This document shows positions 53,430-64,000 of a stretch of 64,000 nt of DNA, piece by piece. The first letter of the stretch is position 1. Each line of letters opens with the position of its first letter. Under the pieces are notes generated by a model, which saw only the letters and a list, made by a program, of their open reading frames with translations, was not told the origin of the DNA and made no database searches. The DNA is taken from positions 32,552,001 to 32,616,000 of the forward strand of contig NC_087436.1 in NCBI RefSeq assembly GCF_036321535.1, in the 5' to 3' direction. Both the position numbers and the translations under genes were made by a program. The stretch comes from Camelus dromedarius (Eukaryota).

Positions 53430-54530
53430 GACTATAACACAGGAGAAAATCTAGATGACCTTGGGTATGGTGATGACTTTTATTTTTGTCTTAGTTTTTT
53501 ATTGTGGTAAAATTCGTGAACATAAAGTTCACCATTTTAACCTTTTTAAAGGATGATGACCTTTTAAATAGGACACCAAAAAGCACAATGTATGAGAGAA
53601 ATAATTGATAAACTGGACTTCACTAAAATAAAAACTCCTCTGCAAAGATGGTGTCAAGATAATAAGAAAACAAGCCACAGACTCGGGGGAAATATTTGCA
53701 AAAGGTAACCAAAAAAATATACGAAGAACTCCTGAAAGTCAACAGTAAGAAAAGGAACGGCTTGATTTTTCAAAATGGGCAAAAGACCTGAACACCTCAC
53801 TGAAGAAGATATACAGATAGCAAACAAGATATGAAAAGATGCTCCATATCATAATTCATTAGGGAATTGCAAATTAACACAACAATGAGATTTCACTACA
53901 CACCTGTTAGACGGGATCAGGAGGGTTTAGGATGGTATGGCCGTAGACTACACACCTATTGGAATGGCTGAAATCCAAAACACTGGCAACACCATGCTGC
54001 TGAGGATGTGGAGCAACAGGAGTGCTTACTCATCACTGGTGGGAATACAAAATGGTAAAGCCACTTTGGAAAAGAGTTGTGCAGTTTTGTACAAAATTAA
54101 ACAGACTTTTACCATAAAATCCAGCAATCATGTTCTGTGGTATTTACCAAATGAGTTGAAACTTATGTTCACACGAAAGCCTGCACAAGGATGTCTATAG
54201 AAGTTTTTTTCATAATTGCCAAATCCGGGAAGCAACCAAGATGTCCTTCAGTAGGTGAATGGATAAATAAATCCAGACAATGGAATATTATTTAGTGCTA
54301 AAAACAAATGAGCTGTCCGTGAAAAGACATGGAGGAAACAAGTGAAAGAAGCCAATCTGAAAAGGCAACACATTTTGTAATTCCAACTACATGGCACTCT
54401 GGAAAAGGCAACACTATGGAGACAGTAAAAAGATTGGTGATTGCTTGAGGAGGGAATGAAGAGGCAGAGCATAGAGGATTTTTAGAGCAGTGAAAAGTAT
54501 TCTGTACGATACTATAATGGTGGATAAATA
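53430..54530 (+). mobile_element. Old L1 (L1MC/MD-like) ORF2 end and 3' UTR hosting two nested insertions
   Basis: GGAGAAAATCTAGATGACCTTGGGTATGG, AAATGGGCAAAAGACCTGAACA, GATGTGGAGCAACAGGA. Nested L1 end at 53482-53553 and 5S fragment at 53907-53948. Confidence 0.8.
53907..53948 (-). pseudogene. 3'-truncated (tailless) 5S rRNA retropseudogene, 5S nt 1 to about 42
   Basis: Reverse complement GTCTACGGCCATACCATCCTAAACCCTCCTGATCCCGTCTAA versus 5S GTCTACGGCCATACCACCCTGAACGCGCCCGATCTCGTCTGA (35/42 by eye). Flanked by a 17-bp direct repeat at 53895-53911 and 53947-53963. Confidence 0.88.
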
Positions 54531-55579
54531 GAGAAGAGACTGGAAAGTGTAGTTTGAGTTATAAGGTACTACTGATTATATATTACAGGTATATTATAAA
54601 CAGTAATGGATTAATTTTAAGATGTAGGGTTATTATATGGGACTTGACTATTCATTGTAGGATTTTCTAATGACATTACCTGTATAACTTTTCTCTTGAC
54701 TCAGTTTCTTGAACCCTGGCTGCCAGTGGCCTGGGAGCCAAGTGGATGAAGCAGGTGAATAAGGAGGATCTCATCTCTGCCCTACACTCTGCCTGGTGTC
54801 CTTGAGTCCAAAAGTTTCAAGAATCTGAAAATGTTCAATTCTTTTGATTCAGAAATTAACCCCAAGGAAATGATAAAAAAGTTAAGATCATGATGTTCAT
54901 CACAGTATGTTGTCATAGCAAGTATTTAAGAAGTATAAATATCCAAAGTTAATGTAATGCTTAAGTTGGTTCAAGTCCATTCATACAGTGAACTAACATG
55001 TATTTATTAAAAGGAAATTTAAATAGAATGCTTAACAGCTTTCAGCTAGGAAATTGATTGGATGAATATTCACCGAATCTTAAAAATGATTGCATCTGGA
55101 AGTAAAATTGAGTGATTTTAATTTTCCTCCTTTATGCTTTTCTGTATTTTTTCAAAATGTAAAATAACAAGTATATACTTTTAGAATCAGGATATATTCA
55201 AAGTTAAGTATGTAAAAAGAATAATTTGAAGTTGGCATTCTGCATACGAAATTCTTCAATTATCATCTATTTTAGATTTCCATTCTCAGATATACATAAA
55301 TGGTTTTGCAGCCTTTTGTATCATTTAAGGATACATGGGTATCCTGCTTTTTAAAGAAAGCCCATTATAAGTCTTTTGTATACAGAAGTTATTTTATAAC
55401 TATTTAAGGTAATTACTACTTTAAGTTTTTGCCATTTATCTTTTGTTTGAAAGGATTAGATAATGTTTCCTTCTGACTTTAAATTTTGTGAAAAGTCCAT
55501 AGTATTGTAGATCACTATTCAATTATGTTTTCATAATTCTGGATTTTACATGTGTCATATATTCTTAAAGTGAGATATA

Positions 55580-56040
55580 TCTATAGCTACTTGTTTGCCC
55601 TTGAAAGCAAAAACCTTTCTCTGGCTGATAGCAGAAGAGGAAGTTAGAGAGATGTGCATGAGAAGAACTGTTGAGGACATCACTGATTTGGAGATGGAGA
55701 GGGCTGTGGGAGAAGAGCCTCTAAAACCAGAAAGTGGTCCATCACTGACAGCCTGCAAGGAAATGGATAACTCAGTCCTACAACTGTAAAAAACTAAATT
55801 TTGCCAACAACCTGAATGAGCTCAGGAGAGGTTGTTCACAGACCCTTCAGGTAATATATCAGCCCAGCTGAAACATGGATTTTTACCTTGTGAGATCCTA
55901 AGCAGAGAATCTAGTCGAGCCCTCCTGGATTTGTGACCTATAGTATGGTCGAGCTAATAAGTGGGGGTTATTTAAGGCCACTAAGTTTGTGGGAATTTTC
56001 CATACAGGACTGTTTGCATAATAGAAAACTAATACAGAGT
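55580..56040 (+). mobile_element. MaLR LTR (MLT1E/F-like)
   Basis: GCCAACAACCTGAATGAGC...CCACTAAGTTTGTGG...AATAGAAAACTAATACA. Confidence 0.7.
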
Positions 56041-56364
56041 GTTTTCAAGGTTGGTTATGGGAAATTGTTTATGGAACCAGTTGGTCTTGTGGGTGGGAAT
56101 CTCTCTTGGCAGCTCTAATGCAGGCATGGTTTCCAAGACACCACACTCTTCTGGCCCTAAAGCCATATTACATTGTCTGGTGCCTCTTCCTTCTCACAAA
56201 CTCTATCAAGATTGGCACTTCCACCCCCAGGCACATAATAACTGCCTTCAAATGTCTAAAAGGCCATCATGTGGAACAGAGATTGTTTTATCCAGTACAG
56301 TTTCTGAGGTTAGAATTAGGACAAGTAGACTTTTTTATATGAAGGAAGATTTATACTTTATATT

Positions 56365-56790
56365 GAAGGTTGGGTGCCTTGGGAAACTGAATCTGAGATG
56401 GAAATTTCTATGTAGGAGGTTTATCGGAAAGTGCTGTTGGGATCAACAAGTGTGGGGAGAGTGAAGGAAGCAGGATTGGGCAGAGAAAAAGCTGAAATGT
56501 AATGCAGTCTCAGCAAAGGCCTCTTCCAATCCCATGGGCTTGACATGGGATGATCTGCAGAGTTGTCCTGAGTTGAGGCAAGAGGGACAGGCCTTTGTAT
56601 CCTCTTATCAGTTCAACCTAGAAAAGAGGTGTGGCAAAGTGACTCTCTTTAGCCGAGGACAGTTTCTGGACTCAACTGAAAGCCTCCACTGTCAATATTC
56701 CTAGCAGGATTGGGAAGGGATGCCTCCCTCCTAAAAGGGACAGGGAGGGTGCAGAGAGAAGAGGGATTGGAGTGGTGGATCACAGCACTT
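56365..56790 (-). mobile_element. ERVL LTR (LTR16/LTR33-like)
   Basis: CTGAGATGGAAATTTC...GGAGGTTTAT...GAAGGAAGCAGGATTGGGCAGAG. Confidence 0.55.
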
Positions 56791-58100
56791 AATACAATAT
56801 AAAAGAAGACTTACTAGTGTGACAACACTCTCCATCATAGGAGGAATTTATCAACAGAGGTTTCAGGATTCCTGCCAAGGATATTGCACAGTGGAATCCA
56901 GTACTGAACAGAGAAATGAAGTGGAATGTGAGTGTTTGGAGAATTTCCAAAAACCTTTTCCTTCTCTAACATTTCCAGTTGCTTCATCTGTTCATGCCAG
57001 CATTGCTCTACCCTTGCAGACGTAAAGTGGTGACCATTTGTGGACTCTCTGCCTTAGGAAAAAGACAACATGGGTGAAAGCATGAGTGGAGTCTTAATAA
57101 TTGTCTGCCCTTAACACATCAGACATAATTTTGTCCTTCTACCTCCCAGGACAATACATATATAGGCTGTCTAGATTTTAAAAATTATAGAAGTATCTTG
57201 ATCTAGTCTTTACTCTCCACCTAGAGAGATAAGCTTTCTTCAGTTTTCTTTCAGTTTCTCATCATTTAGGAGGGGATGTTTAGCATAAAGATAGACTGAA
57301 GTTACTATCAACAATCTGGAGAGCTTTGTTTGTTGAGTAAGCTGCTCCTTTATGAAGAATTTGAGGATCCATCATTGCCCTAGAAAATGGAGCCAAAAAT
57401 AGACCTTAAACGGCCTTGACCATAAGACACCAGAACGATGGGATCCCTAGCAGGGGCAGGTTGGAATAAATGCAAGGTGGGAGGGAAGGCTGAGAAGATT
57501 AAGGAAGAGAAATAGGACTTCTGAGTCTACACTAGCCTATGTAATGTAGATGGTAAATAAATGTTTCATACTGGCTGGATTCTAAGTATGTTCATGATTG
57601 AATTCTGGTAAGATTGTGTTCTTTCTACTAATGATCTATACCTGTTTGTATGCTCTTCCAGACACTGAGGGGGTGCAATGGCAAGGTTATAACAATTTAG
57701 CATTCCTGACTTTTTATCATGCATATCATTTATCGTAATAACAATTTAATGAGTACTCTTAAATGCATACTATTGTGTTATCATTAAAAAAATGCTTTTA
57801 AAGCCCTCTATCACTTGGTTCCTGTTCTGTTGTCCTAACCAGTGGGGACATCTTGTTTGATCTTCAACTTACCGTAAAACTAGGGATCCTGGTCACTTTA
57901 TTAGGAATTGGCTGTCAGCTCTGACCCACCTGGCTCTGCCCTGTCTCAGAATGTTCCCACTTCTGTCCCATTGGCACTTAACAGGGGCATCTATACCCCA
58001 ATGATCTGATGTCCTATTGATACACTCTTGTCATTTCCCAGGTCACTTAACCTACACTCAGGCTTTTTCATCCTACATTTAATAAATGTGTGAAGTGATG

Positions 58101-58185
<85 letters not shown>

Positions 58186-58225
58186 GAAGGAAGAAAGAAA
58201 GAAAGAAAGAGACAAAGAAAGAGAG
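58101..58225. repeat. Perfect (GATA)21 followed by GGAA/GAAA repeats
   Basis: GATA uninterrupted from 58101 to 58184. Confidence 0.95.
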
Positions 58226-60768
58226 ATAGGCAGATAGGTGGATGAAGTTTTATTTGCCTGGATCCAAGTCCTTTATGTATGTAAATCCTTAGTCCAAATA
58301 GGTGGGAAGGGTTCTATTTTCCACCAACTCCTTTCCTTGGCTCCCTTCTTTGGGAGCTTGGATTAATTAAGTGGCATAGAGACCACTGGTAACAACCCTA
58401 ACTTTTTGAGGTGGAAGATACAACTCAGTCAGAATACAGGAACATGTTATAAACACTCTTGGGTCCTGTGTGATTGTGTGAGCTGCTGGTAGTGCTGCTG
58501 TTTCATCATGGACTGCACCACCCTTCATTGAACCTTTCAGGGCATCACACAGATGAAAGTGAGGTGAACCATAGAATGTGCAGAATAGACAGAAGTGCTA
58601 CAAAATACCTATGCCTTTGTTCAGTATCTTTTAGTCTCTCATGGTTCAAATATAAATAATGGAACAGAGAAGTGGTAAAAAAAAAAACATAAAAAATAAT
58701 GATGATGTAGCCACATAAATGAGAATTAAGGAAATTAGATGAAACCTAACAGGAAATAAGGCAATGGCTGCACAGAGTGTCAGTCTTCTGATCTCAGTGG
58801 ACCACATGGAATTTAGAACGCTTAAGCAGATGTTTTCCATGAGGGGAAGACAGCACAATTTATTTAAGGTTATTACATCTGACTCATATTTATTTGGGGG
58901 GATATATATGAATGAGGGCATACAGAAATGGTACATAATCTGTTTTATCATTCAAAAAGCCTTTCATGAAATTTCCCATTGTTACAATGGGACAAAGTGA
59001 TGAGAGGGACAGACTATTTAAAAGGTATAAAGAATAGTATAGAAAGAATAGAAACATAAAACAAAAAGTCTCTGGGAAGATAACTGTGAACAGTATGGGC
59101 CTCCAAGACCAAAGCTACGGCTAGACAAGTTTAGCAACTTATAAATAATGGAAAGCAGGCATGGACAATGACATCTTTATATTTGAAGCTATCACTTGTT
59201 GCTAAACTATTTTGGGAGTTCTAATTACTTTGGGATAAACTATAAGAAGATCTTGATAATTATATGAATAGATAAAAATAAAGCATATTTAATTTTAGTG
59301 GTAGAAAACACATGGGAAACTGATCCAAATTAGATTTATCTACAAGTATCAGTTACACATAGAGCCAGGAGAGGGACCTGAGTCAATTAAGATATAATCT
59401 CAATGTGTATAGTCTAGAAATTCAAGATTTTAAACAAAATGTTGATATTGGATACAAAATTCAGCTACTATCAACATTAGGTCAAAGACATGGTGCTCTC
59501 ATAGCAGCATTCCAAGCACAGTTTTTGATGATACTCTATATTAAGATTATAAGGAAACCAACAAATGTTTCCAAAGAAGCACTTTATATGATAGTAAACA
59601 TGGTGGGTTCAAAGTCTATAAGGATTACAGTTTGTAAAGAATGGCCAGGGAATGTGATCTATTATTTCTCGATTTTTTTTAATTCTGAAAAATCTCAAAC
59701 CTACAGAGAAGTCGGAAGACCAGTACAATGAACACTTATATGCCCTTCACTTAAAATTAATCAGTTAGCATTTTTCTACATTCATACTCTGTTTTTCCAA
59801 GTCATTTGAAAATAATTTGCAGATGCATGTTGCTTTATTCTTAATATTTTAGGACATTTAAAAATACAACCACAATACCATTATCCTTAATCTTACTGAT
59901 ACATCAGTATTACCTAGTAAATGGCCCATATTTTCAAATTTTCAAATTGTTCAATAATATTTTAATAGCTTTGTAAGGAAAAAAACAAGAGCCAACCAAC
60001 AATTATTTGTTGCATTTAGCTATCATGTCTCTTTAATTTTTTATCTTGAACATACTACCAGTCTTTTTTTGGGGCAGTTGAAGGGCTTGACTTGACATTC
60101 ATGGAGAGTTCAAGTCAGTTGTTTTGTAGAATGGTCTACATTTGGATTTATCTCACAGTTTCCTCATGACTGAATTCAGATTGAACATTGTGACACGAAT
60201 ACTACATATATGCTGTTGCTTTCAGTGCACGACATAATGTCAGTTTGCCTCATCATTGATGACATATAGCTTAACCACTTGGTTAAGGTAGAGCTTGTCA
60301 GGGCTTTCTCCACTGTGAAAGTAACTCTTTCCATTTATAATCAATAAACAATTTTTGGATTGATGTAAAGGTTGTATTACCTAACAACTTTTTAACCAAG
60401 AGTTTTGGTATTCATAGATGATCCATATTTATTTTCTCATTCTTTCACTGCTTCTTCACTTATTAGCTGGCATTCTTTTGTAAAGACAAGGCCCCTCTAC
60501 CACCTTTTTAAAGGATTACTGTGGTCTTGTGGATTCTTTTTATACTTAATGTGTTATAGTCCATTCCATAATTATTCTTTTTTTGATGTTAAAATTGTTC
60601 TGGCTCTTCTGAATGTCTTCATCAATTTTTAAGGATTCCCTTGCTTTCTGAGACAGTAAGATATTCCAGACTCATGTGTACCTTCCCTGCTCCAAATTTA
60701 TAATCAGCCATTTATCAAAGGAGATTTTTTTTTTAAGTGGGGAATGGTATTTAGACACTTAGATCTAG

Positions 60769-61244
60769 GTGCTGATTCTCTCATGCTTCTGTACATCGTA
60801 TGAGTGACCCAGTAACTGCCCTTTGTTCTGGACTGTCTTTTCAAGGATGTTTGTATAGTGAACAGCCTTAGAAGATAGAGATAATGTCTCCCTCTGGACC
60901 CAAGGACAGGTTTGTTTACCATCTGGTGTAATAATGTCTCCCTCTGGGCAAATGTCAGCTTTCCCACTCTGCAAGATTTAGACTCCCTAAGTTCAGGGTC
61001 CTTCTGTAACAGAACCCATGGCACATCCAGACATCACCTGGCCCTTTTAATGTTGCCCTTGATCACTGGGTTGAGGAGCTGGCACAAACAATGATACTCT
61101 GGTCACTGATATTTCTGTGAGTAATAAACTTCTTTGTTGCTGATTTGGGAGTTCCTTGTGTTCTGCTAGCATTCATGAAACTGGCAGGCTAGGTTGTTAG
61201 ACTGCAAGCCAGATAAAATCTCAGACCCTGTACAGTTTTTGACA
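60769..61244 (+). mobile_element. ERVL-type solo LTR (LTR40-like) inserted in an old L1
   Basis: GTGAGTAATAAAC poly(A) signal; ends AAAATCTCAGACCCTGTACAGTTTTTGACA. Confidence 0.65.
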
Positions 61245-62169
61245 CTGGGAAGTAGGTGTGTTCACCGATACTAGTGTGTCATTGCTTCTATGTCCTTCCA
61301 ATAGAGAGAACTAGAAAATATATTTCTTAAAAAACATGGGTTGATATACTAATATCTCCTATTCCAAAACAATGCCCCAGAGTTCTTCCTCTCCTTTCCC
61401 TTCTCCATGTTACATCTCTCTTCTTCCAAAATAGCAATATATTCATTCTTTTGCTTGCTCCTATAATTCATATAAATTTTCACTAGAATTATTATGCTAA
61501 GTCCACTATCAAAGCCAAGTCTTGTAATTAAAGTTCAATATTTGTTTGCAGTTCTTTTTCCCTTAGAGTATGTCAGATTACAGTACTTTAAAGATACTTT
61601 AATTAATTCTCTTTTTCTGTGATTATACAATCAGTTCTATATACAGTTAGGTCCATTTGTTTTATTAAAATTGAACTTTGGAGCTACGTAATACTCAGTT
61701 ATGTGGATGTTCAATCATTTATTTAACACGGCTTCTATGGATGGTCATTTAGACTGTTCTTCATATTTTGCTACTACCAGTAACGTCACATTGTATAAAC
61801 TTCTGTTTCTAGGTGTATCTTCAGGGTAAATTCCTGGAAGTGAGAATGGTGGAACAAAGAGTAAATGCATGTACAGATATTGCCAGTCTCCACTGAGTGG
61901 ATTATACCAGTTTGTACTACCAACTGCCAGGAATGTTTGAGAATGCTTGTTTCTCTGTAGCTTCAAGTGTGTAGTGAAAAGCTCCTGAGTTTTTGTCCAT
62001 ATAAGAGGTAAAATGTGGCATCAATATTTTGCATTTCTCTTATTATAAATGAAATTATTCATCTTTTCATGTGTTTAAGACTATTTATCTTTTTTTTAAA
62101 ACTGTCTGCTCCTGTCTTCCCATTTTTTCTATTAAGGTTTTAGTCTCTTTTATCTCCCTCTTAATTTTT

Positions 62170-62285
62170 TTTAATTTTATTTTGGGGGAGGTAATTAGTT
62201 TTATTTATTTACTTAATTTTAATGAAACTACTGGGGATTGAACCCAGAACCTCGTACATGCTAGGCACTGAACTATGCCCTCCCC
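62170..62285 (-). mobile_element. tRNA-derived SINE (Vic-1-like) inserted in an old L1
   Basis: CTGGGGATTGAACCC (B box, reverse) and an AT-rich tail. 17-bp TSD with one mismatch at 62153-62169 and 62286-62302. Confidence 0.8.
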
Positions 62286-63954
62286 TCTCCCTGTTAATTT
62301 TTGAAAAAAGTTTTTTCCCTTACAGTTTTATATTGAGGTATAGTCAACATATGATAAACTGCACACATTTAAAATATACAGTCTTTGGGCTTTAACATAT
62401 ATAATGACATACTGCTACCCTCAAGGCTTCCTTGCATCTTCTGTAATCCATCTCTTTTTCCTCCCTCACTCCCACCCCTAGGCAAGCACCGATCTCCTTT
62501 CCGTCATTACAGATTCGTATTCTACCAGATTTTCCCATTTATTTTGACGTTTCTCCACTTTGGCTGGAAGGAAATAAACTATTCCCAGTGCTGTGTAAAC
62601 TCCGAGGTTTGTTCCATCTACTCCTTTCCAGTGGTTCTTTCTCTGGCCTCAGGAGGCTTCTTCACATGAATGTTGTTACCACTGCTTAGTTGAAGACTCA
62701 AGAGGAATCTCTGGAGTTCTCTAGCTCACAGCCCTTTCCTCTCCAAGCATCTTTCTCCTCTCTGGTACTCTGCCCCACCATAGCCTCCCCAAACTCTAAC
62801 TTGGTCTCCTTAACCCAATGGAGACAGCCTGGCTTTATTTGTGTTCTTCCTCCCTTTGCTGTGGCCTGGAAACTCTCTCTGGGCAGTAAGCTGAGGCCAT
62901 CAAAGGCACGAATTCACTTGTTTTGCTTCTCTCAGAGATCATGCCATGCGGCCTGTGATCCAGTGTCTGGAAACGATTCTTTTATGTGTTTTGTGTGGTT
63001 TTTCAGTTGTGTAAGATAGGAGATTAGTCTCTGCTACTCCATTATGGCCATGGTCCCCATGATGGGGACTTTTTTCCCTTTAGTTTTTATGACTATTTTA
63101 CATGTTAGAATAGCCCTTTACATGTGATATCTGTTCAAATATTTTCTAGTTTATCATTTATCCTTTGTGCTAATGGTCTTTTTTATTCATACAAAAGATT
63201 TTTCTCTTTATGCAATTTTTTTTTAACAATTTCATTCCTTGCAACTGGATTTCAAGTCATTTTGGGAAAGCTTTCCCCATGCTTAGATTATAAAGGAATT
63301 TACCTATATTTTCTTATTACTTGTATGGTTTCTCTCTATCTTTGTACATTTGATTGGTCCTTCATCCATTTGGACTTTTACTCTGGTGTATGGTGAGGAG
63401 TGTGGATCTAATTTTATCTTCTTCCAAATGATTATCCAGGACCCCATTTATTAAAAATCTTATCCTTTCCATCTAGTGTTTGACGTGTCTAGTGTTTCTC
63501 ATCTAGTGTTTTGAAATGCCACCTTTGTTAGAGTAACAAAGTAATTACCATGTGTACTTGGGTCTATTTCTGGAATTTCTGTTCTGTTCCACTGGTCTTG
63601 CTGTCACTAGCACCATTTTCTTTTCATTCTAGAGTTTCTACTATATTTCAATTTCTGGTAGGGCCATTCTTTCCTTAGTTCTCAGGGTTTCCTAGCTATT
63701 CTTGCATGTTTATTTTCCATATGAGCTTTAGCATCAAATATCCTAGTGCTAAAAAGTGAAAGAAAACTTTGGGCATTTTTATTGGGCTCACACTACATTT
63801 ATATATTAACTTGGGGAGAACCGGTATGTTTATTATGTTGAATCATCTTATTTATCTTATCCAATAGAAGAATAGGTCTTTCTATTAGTTCAGGTCTATT
63901 TTTTATGTTCTTTAGGAGTGTTTAAAAGTTTTCCTTATATAAGTTTATTCCTAG

Positions 63955-64000
63955 ATATTTATATATATATATTTATATATATATATTTATAAATATATAT
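63955..64000. repeat. (TA)n-rich low-complexity tract at the window end
   Basis: Directly visible. Confidence 0.85.

Larger units (their letters stand above)
59670..63950 (-). mobile_element. Cluster of old antisense L1 (L1MC/ME) fragments with nested LTR and SINE
   Basis: T-rich L1 antisense motifs throughout (TTGCATTTCTCTTATTAT, TTCCATATGAGCTTTAGCATCA, TATATTAACTTGGGGAGAA). Confidence 0.6.

Noticed and set aside
53937..54472. ORFs 53937..54200 and 54248..54472
   Set aside because: Degenerate L1 ORF2 and 3' UTR sequence; the first ATG comes from the antisense 5S insert.
57991..58215. ORF with SIYL repeats
   Set aside because: Translation of the GATA/GAAA microsatellite.
63471..63512. Three copies of TCTAGTGTTT with short spacers (CRISPR-like look)
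   Set aside because: 10-bp unit with 3-6 bp spacers inside an L1 relic in mammalian DNA; local slippage.

Overview
Mammalian genomic DNA, AT-rich and dense in repeats. It is probably from a camelid, judged from tRNA-derived SINEs resembling Vic-1 and the L1 3' ends; I saw no Alu, B1, Bov-tA, PRE-1 or Can-SINE copies. The window holds the 5' half of INTU (inturned planar cell polarity protein, a CPLANE subunit) on the minus strand. Coding exons 1-8 are 44316-44171, 34335-33797, 24394-24309, 16353-16150, 11878-11760, 9159-9070, 6535-6458 and 3358-3169. They have GT-AG boundaries and join into an intact 1452-nt (484-codon) frame that continues beyond base 1. The CpG-rich promoter carries RFX X-box, E-box, CCAAT, ETS and YY1-like motifs. 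A second CpG island with no evident gene lies about 8 kb upstream (about 52.2-53.2 kb). The rest is intronic or intergenic sequence with L1, L2, MIR, MaLR/ERVL LTRs, DNA-transposon relics and microsatellites, and almost all other ORF-track entries are spurious. I found no convincing new multi-gene system. The most notable items are: (i) a strong-Kozak uORF in frame with INTU and separated from it by one TGA, which also contains a consensus splice donor; (ii) a 42-nt tailless 5S rRNA retrocopy with a target-site duplication (TSD) inside an old L1; (iii) the upstream CpG island with outward-facing splice donors; (iv) tandem splice sites at exons 2 and 5; (v) several very short L1/SINE insertions with clear TSDs. 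Repeat family names and ortholog comparisons are from memory, not from searches.
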